A stretch of 64,000 bases of DNA from Dicyema japonicum (GCA_011109175.1 RDEW01000043.1:310001-374000); one strand, 5' to 3'. Positions 1-12,900 are shown, counted from the stretch's first letter. Program-made: numbers and translations. Notes: a model not told the origin generated them from the sequence alone.

Positions 1-329
1 ACGATCTAATCTGCGAAATCGACTCAATGATCCAAATGACGACCAAGGATTCACGTGAGACTAGATGGCTTCGAGAGAGTTTCTCAGAGGAAACAGCATG
101 ACCATTCAAGCTCCATAAATTAAGTTCTCTTTTAACTGTTTAGTTTAAAAAATTAGTTAATTCAATGACATCGAATTTTGAGAACAAAAAACCATTAATT
201 TGAATACCTTCTTAAAAGCAGATCTGTAATGTTCATCGCAAAGCAAAACTGAATTTGCTCAGCCCATTAGATATTTGGTCAAGAATTTCTTTCAACTGAT
301 CATTCTCTCTCCTTTTCTATCAGTGGGCT

Positions 330-530
330 CATGTAATTCGCTTTTCTCAGGTGGCGCAGTGTCAAAATGAAAAAATCATTTTTCTTCTTCCCGCTCAACT
401 GGAAGGGTTCTCACAACTGTAAGGACTGGGCGTCTTCTTCCCTTTCCTTTAGTTCTGACTGGACTTGTGTGATATTGGAAAGTTTCTGTTTTTGCGACCG
501 TGGGAACTGGATACATCTAATTAATTTTTA
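330..530 (+). mobile_element. SINE-like family B copy (core and truncated tail)
   Basis: Shares motifs (aggtggc..cagtgtca, aaatcattt, cacaactg.aaggact, aactggatac) with copies at 24495, 53308 and 61395. Confidence 0.6.
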
Positions 531-716
531 AGGGCCACCCCCTCCATGTAAACATAATGACCATTTCACATTCTTCGAAGAATAAATTGACCGAAATCCA
601 GTAAGTCGCCAATAGAATCATTGTCTCTAATTCCGAGTCTGACTCTTGAACAGCTTTAACTTGAATGACACCGAAAATTCGTGAGGGCGGACAACTTACT
701 AAACATCCCTCTACGA

Positions 717-760
717 CAGGGGTGTTCAAACATGCGGCCGCGAGCCTCGATGGCGCAAAG
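717..760 (+). mobile_element. Solitary hAT/Charlie-like terminal inverted repeat
   Basis: CAGGGGTGTTCAAAC..GCGGCCGCG resembles Charlie-type hAT ends. No partner end found. Confidence 0.3.
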
Positions 761-1339
761 TAATGTTTAGTGGAGTTCGTTAAATGCAACAGTACCGTGC
801 AGCCCGATTTGATGCCTATAAAACAAAATATTTTAATTATTTTTTAATAGTATTTGTAAATCTTGTTTGTCAATGCCACGTGTTTTTCTGGAACTAAAAA
901 AACGGTGTTTGAAAAATGAAAAGAGAGTGTTTCAAAAAATGGGAATTTCTCTATTTTTTCAACGATTGATGGAAAAATACATCATCACCAGTTTATCGCT
1001 ATACCGAAAGAATACAACTTAAAAAAGCATTACCATTCCAATCATAGATCATACGATTATTTCGAAGGTACTAAGTTGTTTATTAACCAATAAGGTCCAA
1101 TGCGTGTTTCAAAGCTAAATGAATTACGAAATAATATGACTTCGTCACAGGGTCATTTCACAAAAAATTCACAATCGAAGTACTGCATCAGTTACTGCAA
1201 GCTATGAAATCAGGAGAATGCTTGCAATAAATGGGAAATCACATTGTGATTTCATCAAGCAATGTTCGTAGAGTCTACGATTTTTATCAAATATCTCAAA
1301 AATCACCAGAGATACGAAAATATTCCTAACCTGTTCTGG

Positions 1340-1900
1340 AGAGAGGTTCAAAATGTTCGACCTCGGCTTTGTCATTGGGATCACTTAGTTTCTCTTTTAA
1401 CTCAGTGATCCTGGGGAAATAATATTAATATAAGCCCAAAATATTGTATCTAACTTATCCTTCAGTGCTGAACGTGCTGAACAAATGTGAGAAGAAATCA
1501 ACCTCCTGAAATGCCTAACAGGTCTATGGAAAATCACCTATACTTAAAACGCTCTACTCACAGTACATCGAACCATGCATTTCACATGCGTGTACTTCAT
1601 GGAGACCACTGGCCTCTTATACGAACATCCAGAAAATCTCTCCGCAATCCAGAAAAGGGCCTTTAAACTAACTGAAAGATGGTATACAGGGGAAAATATC
1701 ATATCACCGACGCCCATAAGATACTAATCGAAAAAAACAAAAATGGACACTAATGCCAAAAAGGAAGTGCTCACCCGCAACGAACTTGTGTAGGCTCAAG
1801 GGATCAACACCGAGCAAAGATGAGAGCCTGATCCAATTCGTCGGGATCACTTAGTTGTTTTCGGTTTAACAGTGGTCTTTGAAATTAACTTTAATTTAAT
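1340..1900 (+). mobile_element. Degenerate LINE 3' fragments (two tails)
   Basis: Translation LYSQYIEPCISHACTSW matches the RT C-terminus of other copies. GGATCAC..GTGATCC tail hairpins at about 1378-1411 and 1845-1880. Confidence 0.65.
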
Positions 1901-2419
1901 AGTGACTTGTTTATAGTTTGTTGTATTGTTAATGCTGTCCTTTAACGATCCACGACAGGGTTTCTACTAATGCCATCTAACACGTGTAATTGGATCTACT
2001 ATGCTTCCCATCCTTTCTGTTGATTACTCATTTCCTCGTACCAGTGCCTTCTCAATGAGTGGTTTTTTACTCCTTGGCTTTGAAGAACCTATGTTTTTCG
2101 CCCATTCTTGCTAATGACACACTCATTTGAGGAGACGCCCTTCGGTATTAAGGCATCAATAGGGATTATTTGACCTTCCTCGTCTCATTGGATTATTCTT
2201 TAGGATGTAAAAAGATATCGTTCGAGGAGATGTGAAACTATGAATATTCCCAACAAAATGACCACCAAGACAAATCTATTTATAACTAACACAATATTTA
2301 TAACTTTATAAAGCACTCCAGCTAGAATAGCCAAAAATATTTCTCATAGAAACGACTATTTAAAAGTAAATCGTATACTTGGTAGTTTCTTAGCCGGTTA
2401 AGCTATAGTATCTCTACAG

Positions 2420-4693
2420 GCTGACAGGACAAACCTACGACAAAAGAGGGAAGATGATAATTGAGACCTCCACCGCCTATGTATACTCAACGATCCTGCA
2501 TTTCATACAAAACACCTACTCGACGTAGCGATGAACCTTCTTCTATCGACATCTCATTGTCATCACCGTCCTTGGCCCCTCTTATTGACTGGTCAGTGAA
2601 GTATGACACCAGGAGTGACCACAATCAAATATTTTTGGAGGTCAAAACAAGGTCACGGATAAAAGGACAATGCCCAATGATAACTAACTACAGCCTTGCG
2701 AATTAGAGAGGATTCAAGGAATACGTCGATAATTGTATTGGACTATTAAATTTCCCCACTCTTCCCTCCGTCGAACAATTAGTGAAATGGTTCAACTCCA
2801 TTATAAACGATGCGAGAAGAAGTACATTCCTATGGGGAGACAACCTACGTCATCAAAACGTTTCAACACAACGACGAAACATTTGATCAGAGAACGAAAT
2901 AATCTAAAGATGGTAAAATCGCCAACAGAAGAGAACATCAGAAAAATACGAGAATTGAACAGAGAGATCGACAACAACATAAAGACAGAAAATGCAAATA
3001 GATGGACGAGACTATCGAAAACTCTCTTCAAAAACCCTTCAATGCAGAGAGTGTGGAAGTGGATCAAGAACATCAAAAGATCCTCCCCAGAGAGAAAAGT
3101 CGAAGTCTACATAAAACCAGACACTCTGATAAAATACTATACGTCTATCTCCTACAAGAAGTTTTCAAAAGAACACCAAGTATTCCTGAAAAAGATTGAA
3201 CCGAAACGCTCCGATGACTGGATCCTATTTACTAGCCAGGATGTTCGCAGAGCCATATCCAAGGCCAACAACTCAGAGGCCAAAGGACCAGACAACATAA
3301 CCACATGTGAACTGAAGCACCTAGGCCATCGAGCCCTGGAACTATTAGCCTATATCTTCAACCTATCCATTAACACAAATACAATCCCTGAAATATGGAA
3401 GAAGTCTCTAATCAAACCTATTAGAAAACCCAACAAACCAATAGATGAACCATCTTCCTATCGCCCAATATCTATTCTGAGTCCGGTCTCAAGGATCCTT
3501 GAGAGGCTTGTTTTGGAAAAAATACAAGACTCAATCTCAATACCTCCGACCCAGCACGGATTCCGGGATAACCATTCGACAACAACACACCTTACAACCC
3601 TCACACAATTCATTGCAGAAGGATTTAACTCCCCAAACCCCATCAGAGGACAGTACTTATATCCGTGGACATCACAAAAGCGTTCAGCTCAGTCCCTAGG
3701 AAACTCCTAACAAAGAAAATATACGAAACCAACATCCATCCGAACCTGAAACTTTGGCTTGGAAACTTCCTAAATGGAAAACGAGCACAAGTACTCTGCA
3801 ACAACATCAAATCAAGATCTCGCTATTTCCCAAATAGAGTCCCTCAAGGCTCCCCACTATCACCCCAACTCTTCAATCTCTACATAAACGACATGCCACA
3901 AACCTGTAATGAAAACTGTCTAATCCTCTCCTATGCCGACAATATCATTCTTGCCTCCAAGAACAGAAGCATTCAATCAGCGTCTCAGTTGGCTCAACAA
4001 ATGCTCGACAACCTGGAACTATGGCTCTCGAAGCGGAGACTCGACACATCAGCAGCAAAGTCCTTTGTCAAACTGTTTACCACCTACAAAAAACAGCTCT
4101 GTATCGAACCAAAAGTCTTTATGAAGAACGAAGCTATCTCTAATAACAAAACACCGAAGATTCTGGGAGTAACCTTTGATCAGGGACTCACTTTTATCCG
4201 GCATGTTGAAAACAAAGAACTCTGAAAAAATGAGAATTTTAAAAGTGCTCTCAAAAACACTTAGAGACCAAACTGGTGTCCTTGCCACGATTTACAAACA
4301 ATTTATCTGACCAACGATGGCGTATGCAAATCCTTCATGGGCAATGCAAATGTCACGATCTTCCTCATTGAAATTATCCGCAATCGAAGAGACTGCAATA
4401 AAGTTAATTGGACCAGAACACAATATCCAACCCATTGAAAACTTTTAATCGAACTACAACGGAAACTATTAAAGGAGGCTGTTCTACCGAGCTGCCCTCT
4501 ATTCCAAATACTATCGAATTATCTACAATCATACAGAAATTTTGAGCCGATGCCATGTCCAATGAGAAGAGCTGTTCAGGATTCTCGACCCCGCCGTACT
4601 CTTCCTCACCTTTGTCGGTCTGGGATCATTTAGTTATATGAGAACTTTTATTTCTTTCTCTTTGACCCAGTGATCCTGGAGGTAATAATAATA
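2420..4693 (+). mobile_element. 5'-truncated APE-RT non-LTR retrotransposon (LINE, jockey/I-like), frameshifted
   Basis: APE C-terminus (SDHNQI) and RT motifs GPDNI, YRPISILS, QHGFR, DITKAF.SV, VPQGSPLSP, YADN, KILGVTFD in ORFs 2733-3710 and 3665-4225. 3' hairpin plus (TAA)n tail. 10-bp direct repeat ATCTCTACAG at 2410-2419 and 4694-4703 (TSD). Confidence 0.9.
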
Positions 4694-5154
4694 ATCTCTA
4701 CAGTATTAATAGAACGAGGTTAAAGTCCCCCAATAGATATGACCGTGTTTATTAGAATAAAGTTAAAATAAAACCAGTAACGTACTTGGGTAACTAATCA
4801 AAGACATTTATTTATTTAGAACCATAGGATCTCGAGAAAGAAAGACAGAAAAAATCGTCAGACAGTTCCCGCAATCAAAAGAGCCATCCAACGTATGTGG
4901 TCTCCCATTGTTCCCACTACCGTGCGAAAGAGCCTTCTCTCATCCCTGCAGAGGAATCCGATTGGGAAGGAGAACTTCCTAACCAATCGACTTACTTTTG
5001 ATCTGCGACTACGGGTCGTAGTTTCCGTGAGTACATGCACAATTTACCCGAAAAAAATTTTGAAATATTTAAAAAATGATCATTATTAAATAAAAATTAA
5101 TTATAATATTTTTAATTAAAATAAATATTTATTAAATTCACGTTATAACTGATT

Positions 5155-8032
5155 ATGACAGCAAGGAAACGAAAAAACAAAATTTCTTCCTGCAATCAAT
5201 GTGGGGCTCTTGTAGCTGATGAGGAAAAGCACTTGGCTTCTTTTGGAGTCAATAATCACGAAATTATTGACTCCACTTTTCTATCCCCATTTGTATTTGA
5301 TCAAAAGTTGTTCACTTCCCGTACAGTTCCAATACCACTGGGTACTCTTTAGGCTAACCTTAGATGTTTTAAAGTTGTACAACGGGTATTACTCCGACTT
5401 CATTCTCATGAATCCTGAGGACATGAGACTGTGTGGCCTTATTATTGGGTCACAGTGTTTGATGGTCTCCATTGGTGGAAGTATGAGCAAGATTGTCACT
5501 GTCTTCGCTGACTCAGAGATTGTGAATTTATTCAGTGTTGGGATTCCATTGGATTTCGATCTAACTGGTCCCTTCATGATTAAAGCAGTCAATTCACATA
5601 CAAAGACGTCCACTACTTTGAAAATTATCAAGTTTTCTTTGAGTCTATTCTTCTAGTGTAAATCAGGATGAACTAGAAGACGAAGTCCGTCAGCACATAC
5701 ACTCACGTCTTGGTTTGCACGTGTTAAATATAGTAGTTGGTAATTATGTGATTTCTGGGGGAGAGAAGTCATTCTGGTATTTTGGAGAGTTCTGCACTGT
5801 TAAAATTGTCGATCTGAGTGAGGATCTTCCTTTAGACACCATATCTGAGACCGTAGTAGGAACATCTGTCTCCGAGAAGACTATGGAAAGTTATGCTGAG
5901 TTTCTTTCGGCATGTTCAGAGTTCGAATCCAACTCAGTTGACGAAGTTACTGCCAATTCTATAATAAATGGCCGCGGTTCTGAAGCTCCAATGATAAATT
6001 TTGAAGGATCCGACAATTTTTCTATTCAATTGACTGATTCATTCCCCTTTTCTATGAAGATCGTTCTGGTTGGGCAGGAAACTAAGATAAAATTCGATGA
6101 AAATGAGGCCAATAAGGAAATTCTAGCAGACAACCAGCCAATTTACTTGTCGAATATTGGTGGGATGACTAATCTAGTCGATAAGATGACGAATATTTTG
6201 AATTATTTCAATTCTGACGGTAATTCTGTATGATAATTCAAAGGATTTGGAAAATGTCCAGGAGTCTTAATATCTGGACCGCCTGGCTGTGGGAAGACGT
6301 CGTTGGTTCACGCGGTGGTGAATCAGTTTAACTCATATCTTTTTGTACTTTCTTCACACGAGTGCTATTTAGAGTAAACTTTGCCTAATCTTTCAGTCGG
6401 AGCAAATTTGATGCGAAAATTGCGGAGTTTTTTGCACGTGTTGGCAAATCTAAGAATTCCGTGGTACTGATTGAAGATGTCGACCTACTAGTACCCAGAA
6501 AATGCGAAACGGATACACAGCGCACTGTAAAATATTGCTTTCTGTCCAGATTAGATAGAATTATACACACAGTTGGGTTGTTTACTAAACATAGAATTCC
6601 GCCTTTGTGGTTTGCTGTACTAGTTTTCTCGAGCACGTGGACATTAGTCTTAGAAGGCGACTGGATTGCGAGATTGAAGTGCCAACTCCAAACTCAGCTG
6701 ATCGACTTGAGGTGCTATTCTGCTGATATGCTAGATTTTTAATGCCTGTTTAGCCAGACTGCCTTCAAATTGTGTTTTCCCAGATCAACTAGTTCATGCT
6801 TCTGAGATTGCCTGTGGATATGTGGCTGGGGATATTGCTTCTGTCTGCAGATTAGCCTATCGGGATGCCGTCATTAAGGGGGAACCAATCCAGTTGGACT
6901 TGCTAAGAGGACTCAAAGCAGTTAAACCCAGTTCCATGAAAGAACTTTCCCTGGACGTCCCTCAAGTTGATGTGTTGCTAATAGAAGGTTCGATGGGCCG
7001 ACATTGGCGGACTCGATAAAATAAAAGAGGGAATCATGCAATTGGTGGAATGGCCGATCGTACATCAGGAGGCTTTTTCCAGAATGGGGATAATGCCGCC
7101 ACGTGGAATACTTATGTACGGTCCGCCGGGGTGTTCGAAGACTATGATTGCTAAGGCAATTGCAAACGAGTCTCATTTTAATTTTATTAGCGTTAAGGTG
7201 GATATTTTTATAATTTCCTAGGGATCTGAACTTTTGAGTAAATTTGTCGGAGAGTCAGAGAAAATGGTGAGGGAGCTGTTCGCAAGAGCACGTGCAGCAT
7301 CACCAGCAGTTGTCTTCTTTGACGAAATTGACGCTTTGGCACCTGGAAGAGGCTCACATTCAGTCACAGACAGAGTCTTGGCTCAGTTATTAACGGAATT
7401 AGATGGAGTAGAGACTCTATGTCAGGTTGTGTTCATAGCAGCCACCAACAGGCCTGACATGATCGATCACGTGGGTCTTTAAGTTTATTTTAGGCTTTAT
7501 TGAGACCGGGAAGAGTGGATAGACTTGTATATGTGTCCCTCCCTGATGAGGCAAGTAGGAGAAAAATCTTTGATATTCAGTTGAAGCAGAAACCTCTAGC
7601 AAGGGACGTGGTTGTTGGAGACCTGGCTCGTTGTACTGATGGATATTCTGGGGCTGAGGTTGTGGTTTTATATATTTCTAGATTGTGGCGGTCTGTCAGG
7701 AAGCAGCCTTAGAGGCTCTTACGGAAAATATCAAAGCAAAATGTACCGAAGGGCGGCATTTTATTTTGGCTTTGAAGAAAATAAGGCCTCGGACAGATAT
7801 GAAATTGCTTGAAATTTACAAAAGTTTTTCGGGTTTTGTTATTAATTGAGTTGTAGAAATTAATTCAGCAGCTGGCGGGAGATTGACTGATTTAGGGGAA
7901 AATAATGATTCTGAGAACAGTGATGATGTGAAGGTTGGTGAAACTTCATCTAGTCTCCGATTTTTTGTTTCATCTGCTGTTTTGGGAACTCTATTTGCTG
8001 CTGGAGTTTATTTGGTTCTCAAAATTAAATGA
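5155..8032 (+). CDS. AFG2A: Double-AAA ATPase AFG2/SPATA5/Drg1 (60S maturation factor), multi-exon. Ends at 7849 if the last intron is retained, 8032 if it is spliced.
   Basis: D1 Walker [10 protein letters not shown]2 [24 protein letters not shown] (SPATA5-type), [26 protein letters not shown]. Frame is maintained by 22-25-nt GT-AG introns (e.g. 5342-5363, 5632-5656, 7198-7221, 7471-7493). Confidence 0.9.
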
Positions 8033-8104
8033 CTACTTTTTTAATTTAATATATATTTTATTAATTTTGTGAAATTTTAGACAATTCACAGATTTTATAG
8101 TCTC

Positions 8105-8270
8105 AGATGGCTCAGTGTAATAAGCTCCGGACCTAAATCAGTTGGTTTCGTGTTCGAATCTCGCTGCTGGCAATTTGGTTGAAGGTTCCACACATGCTTC
8201 TGGGTTGACGAGTGACATCGTCGTCAGTGTTTCATCAGTGCGGAATCGGATTATTTTCTGGGACTAACTT
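8105..8270 (+). mobile_element. tRNA-derived SINE family A, 5' part
   Basis: A-box-like TGGCTCAGTGT (8108-8118) and B-box GTTCGAATC (8152-8160). Body matches the reverse complement of copies at 33670, 51780 and 60180. Confidence 0.7.
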
Positions 8271-8393
8271 AAAGAATTGGAAAATCCCACCAAACTGAAA
8301 AATCGGACATTACCTTCCGTCTACATTTTGATGGATTTGTCTTAGATCGTGGAGTACGTTTATTTTTTAACTTCTTTATTAGTGGATTCTTAA

Positions 8394-11300
8394 CCCTGTA
8401 AGCGTCAGCGATGACACATGTCGTTTCTAAGAAATTTACGTCATCTACGAATTATATGTCCGTTTTTTGTTATTCTGTGCCTACCTATAATGAATTTCAG
8501 GCCAAAAAGACAGAAATTACCTGAGAAAGGGACAAGTGATATTTTTGAAGGATCAAGTGACTTTGAGGATTAAGGCGATGAATCAGTGATGAACCATCTA
8601 GTGACGATGCTTCCGGTTACATCTTCCGATTAGTCGTCAGGCGGAAAAGAAAGATCACCTTTTAACTTTAATGCTGAAGGTGGCGTGAAATTCACAGTTA
8701 AAAATAAAGATAATTCGCTGGAGTTCTTTGATCAGTTTTAGGATGATTCTATTTTGGTTATTTGGTTACTCAGACTAATATTTTTATAAAACAATTTATC
8801 GACGAAAATCTTTGGACTGTTTCAAAAAAATCTCGTGCATTAAAATGGTTCGATACTAATGTTGATGAAAAAGACCAGTAAGAAATTGTGCGCAATGTAG
8901 AAAGGAAGATAAAGAAAAGGATATCGTATTGGTGCAAAGAGTGCGGAGTGGCTGTGAGTTGTGCCATGTTTTAGAAGTTGGAATACCAAATAAATATTTT
9001 TTAAATATGTAAAACTTTTATTTTCCCTTTATTTGTATATGTGAAAAATTTATTAACTATAAGGGAGAGCGGCTGCTGACATTACGGAGTAAACGTTTCC
9101 GCGACAACTGCGATACCAATTCGTTTCCTCAGCCAGACCGCTTCCCGCACGTCGTTCTTAAGGTGGGCCAATTTCCCCCTGATTTCCTTCAGGAAAGAGG
9201 CTGTAATACTTCCGCCGCACCAGACGTCTCGATTGCTACCGGTACAAAACGGTAGCGGTCTCCAATTTCGCCATATTTTTTAATCTTGATTTTCTCGGCC
9301 AGATCGGCTGCCGATCCAGCAGACTGCGCCGAGCTGATTATCATCGAGTTCGAGAAAGAGTCCACAACAGTGCAGTCCCATACGAGCGATTTTCCTTCAG
9401 TGAACGGAAAGATAGTTAACCCATCCGGTCTTTTCCCATCTCCGCGGTCCAATTCCACAGGCTCCAGTACTGCCAGGAAGCCTGCCGCTTCAAGAGCTCG
9501 CATGACAATGTTGTTCATAGCAGCATGGCGGGGTGCTCTGCCCGCACTCCTTTTGCACGAGAGCGGGTGCAGCCCTTTGGCATCGACGATCCCTCCACAA
9601 CGACATTGGTGTTCGACGCAAACATCAACTCCCAGGCGTTGTGCGATCCCAATCCGAATACAGTCATCGTCCAAAAGGGTCCCCAGGGAGGAACACGGGA
9701 GTGCATCCAGCCACGCTCCGCTCCCATGGTTGGCGGCGGACACGAGGCATGCAAGACGATGCTGGTTGGCCTCAGACTTTAGCACGTCGAAGATATTCTT
9801 GGAGTAGATATCATCCCAGTCACGTTGCCTCGAAGGATCGTTCGGCATATCCAAACCAGTTTCACACCATTCGCGACGAGCTTCGTCGAAGACTCTTTCC
9901 CAAGAGTCCGGTTGTAAACGTAGGATTTCTTGGACCAAAAGGCTTCCACTTGAGAGCGATGACACATATGCTGGATAGGCGATCTCCAGCGCCGACCTGA
10001 GACCCGTTCCTCCGAGGCGTGTAGGAAGCTTGCATTGGTTCCAACTCGGCACATCAAAGTGGATGTTTAGAAGCAATTCAGCTGATTTTCTCAATGTCCT
10101 ATCCAGTGACAGGAGGATGTCACGATGTTTGAAGCAGGGAGAACATCGGAGAGCATATAGGAGTTTGGGCAAGCCGATGCTATTCTTCAAAAGGAAGAAC
10201 GCTGTATGACCATCGAGTAAGGAGAGTTTCTCCGTGACTCTAGAGAGTTCATCCTCTTTTGTTAGTAGATGGCTCCGCAGTTCCTTTTCGTCAAGTGGGC
10301 ACCCAAGAAAGTATGTCCGCTCCCTGGGTACGACAGTAATTCCAGGTAGTACCGAGTTGAAAGACTCGACCACGTTGATAAAATCACTCTCCGAGTATGT
10401 GATATTTATTAGCTCCGATTTCTTTATGTTTATCTCAAGTCCGAGGTTTCGTAGTGCCGGCACGGCATGTGACAGAACGTCGTGAACTTTTCTCCACAGC
10501 CCTCCAATCGTGGCGTCATCAAGATACCAGAAGTTTAGTTGTGTGTTGATAGAGCGGACAATTTCATCGATGGCCAGAGCGAAGAGTAGTGGACCAAGTG
10601 GGTCCTCTTGTTGAACTTCAGTCTCCGAACAGATAATCTTGTCCCCGAAAACCAGTGAAGAATTGGTGGTTCCGTAAGCGAGGAAGACAAGTGGAATAAG
10701 TTCCGGGGCTCGTTTGCTTGTAGTTTCGAAAATTTGATCCCTCCTCAATGAATTGAAGGCATTGCAGATGTCCAGCTTGACCCCAATGTATGGGTTTTGT
10801 TCGTATTTCTGTCTAAAAAAACACCTCGCAGCATGCACTGCCGCCTCGCATCCGTTCCTTACACCAACCCCCAGTTGGAGGGGGAAAATTCTTCAGATAT
10901 TCTCGGACAGACAATGCTGCATGCGATTTTCGCTGTCAGTCTTCTGAAATAGTTGCCGACTGCGATGGGGCGGACCCCACCTTCAGGTTTTTTGAAGGCC
11001 AATAAATGTGCACTGAAAAGAAGCTCCCTTGCGTGGGGAGGAATATCTCCGTTCAAAATACGCATAACCAGTTTTGTAATTGATTTGACAAGGTTGCAGC
11101 CAGCTTCTGCAGTAGCCTCCGCCGTAAGATCCTTGATGTGACCCGGCCGCAAGCCATCGATACCTCCACTGCTACTCGCCGCAAAGGACGAAATGCCGCG
11201 TCGCACTTCGCCTTCGGTGACGGTCATCCTTGACAAATTTCCCGGAAGCACGAATGGGCGGTAATCTTCCGGAGCACATGGATGTTTATGTCTGAGTAGA

Positions 11301-11929
11301 TCCAGCACCTCAGGTGTCGCAGCCATAACGGTTTCGTCGCTGGCAACGACGAACGCCGCTCAGACGTCGCCTTCGAATAGTTTGCGGTTTACTCTCTCTT
11401 TAAGTTTTCCGGGCCATTCAAATAAACCGGAGGATTCAGAATGTCTTGATTTCTTGACTTCCGTCTTGGTGAGAGAATGCACATATAAAACCTGGATGTT
11501 CTTTATTTTTTGAGGAAAGGGAGTTCCCAAGTGTCGTGCTTTTCTCTGTATTCCGTTGATCTCCTTGGAGTCGATAAATGGAATTCCAAGGTTCATCGGA
11601 GCAAACCTGAGGAGTTTTAGCCAGGCCTCCAGGTCGTCGGACGTGAGAGCATCGTCAATTGCAAAGGCCAGGCATGTACCCGCGCTTTGTATATTAAAAA
11701 ATATTTCTACGTATACAAAACTTTTATTTTTCTCGGAGTTTGCTATCAGAAGTTAAGCCGTAAGGGGTGGGATGTACAATATTTGAAATTACACCACAAG
11801 TCAACTAAAATGATAAACTTAGGTATAAAACCCGATTTTAGAGCTTAAACAAAACTTTTAAAAATATAAAATTCTTAAGAAGGTGACAATTTGGGATTGG
11901 TCCACTTAAACATTAGTGACACTAACAGG
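8394..11929 (+). mobile_element. Internally deleted piggyBac-like DNA transposon interrupted by a CRE element
   Basis: TTAA at 8390-8393 and 11930-11933 with imperfect TIRs (CCCTGTAAGCGTCA versus reverse complement CCTGTTAGTGTCA). N-terminal-like LEFFDQF.DDSIL..VTQTN at about 8715-8785. Frameshifted C-terminal Cys ribbon CAQC..SYWCKECGV..C at about 8885-8990. Confidence 0.65.
9025..11716 (-). mobile_element. CRE-clade-like non-LTR retrotransposon (RT + CCHC + restriction-like endonuclease), 5'-truncated, frameshifted
   Basis: GGIDGLRPGH, VRPIAVG..RRL.AK, QQEDPLGPLLF, WYLDD, C.CG..D..G.H.LSC, RPDG, FVPVAIETSG, C-terminal RGNV in ORFs 9189-10838, 10859-11326 and 11360-11596. 14-bp direct repeat AAAACTTTTATTTT at 9011-9024 and 11717-11730. 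Confidence 0.88.
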
Positions 11930-12149
11930 TTAAGTGATCTTACCTCAACCTATTGCTGATGTGCAGCCAAGACAATTTTAAATTTCACTATCTTCTTGAT
12001 TGGTTTCCAGTGATCTAATGGAGTCCAGGTCGTAGTACCCTTCCTTAATGTGTCACACAAACATTTTTAATTGTCATGTAACTTTCAAAGGGACAATTTG
12101 CATAACAATGACCTTGTCATTCACACAACAAACTTGGTGGACTCAATAC

Positions 12150-12219
12150 AGTACGTAATGCTATAAATCGGTGGGTAAACAAATCAGAGTACGTAATGCT
12201 ATAAATCTGTGGGTGAACA
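12150..12219. repeat. 38-bp tandem duplication
   Basis: agtacgtaatgctataaatc(g/t)gtgggt(a/g)aaca occurs twice. Confidence 0.7.
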
Positions 12220-12439
12220 TTTTTGTCAATATTTCCTGTTATTTTAATCGAGACTGCTTTCAACGGTAGACATAAGATAAAAACATAGATTATCAACTAA
12301 TTACAGGATCTCTTCAATCACCTAGCAGATTTTACAAGTTTATCCAAGATATTATGAAATTTAACGGGATACGATCACTTAGTTCATCTGTGAGCGACAA
12401 TTTTTGGGTAAAAATAATTTACTTAATAAGTCTTAGTCT

Positions 12440-12700
12440 CAGACTGAATTGGTCCGATGGTTAAGGTTTCACGCACCTCTATTGTCTACTTAGCTTAATG
12501 GAGGATGAAAAACTTGTGTCTTTTTTCCTCGGGAGCTCACGCTGTGACGAACTCAATAGAACTAGAATTTCCGAACAACATAAGTATCGGATCCGCGTAG
12601 GATCCATGTTCGAATCCCTATCAGCCCTAAATAAGAACTTGGAGGATTATATGTCAGAAGTTGCATGTATTAATAGTCTCAAGCAAACTAAATTGGATGA
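12440..12700 (+). mobile_element. SINE-like family C copy
   Basis: TGGTCCGATGGTTAAGG head, then actcaa.agaact..gaacaa, then GTAGGATCC..GTTCGAATCC, then aacttgg, shared with other family C copies. Confidence 0.55.
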
Positions 12701-12744
12701 AAAAACACTGAACTTTTGCGAATAATAAAACCTCTGCCAAAACA

Positions 12745-12900
12745 GGACACATTTTATTAGAGTAAAGAACAGTTATGATAACTAATCGTAGAAAGGGAGA
12801 ACCAAAGAATGTTTTTAGTTTCTTTTTTCTTATTGTGTGTGAGTCCTTTATAGACGATCCAGTTCAACAGTGAATTATTCACTGATGACTTACTAGTCAT
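12745..12900 (-). mobile_element. SINE family A partial copy
   Basis: agtaaagaacagttat..gagtcctt..gacgatcc..cagtgaa..ttcactgatgac matches the copy at 60180. Confidence 0.65.

Noticed and set aside
4830-5090. Small gene divergent from AFG2A (GTAAGT donor, 17-nt intron)
   Set aside because: No coherent recognisable product. The plus frame AIKRAIQRMW..I.P.TVRK fits a Tc1-like C-terminal relic about as well; unresolved.
8105-8175. tRNA gene
   Set aside because: A and B boxes are present but there is no acceptor stem or cloverleaf, and the sequence continues into a multi-copy SINE body.
9075-9093. piggyBac right TIR candidate
   Set aside because: It lies within the CRE coding C-terminus; the end at about 11929 with TTAA fits better.
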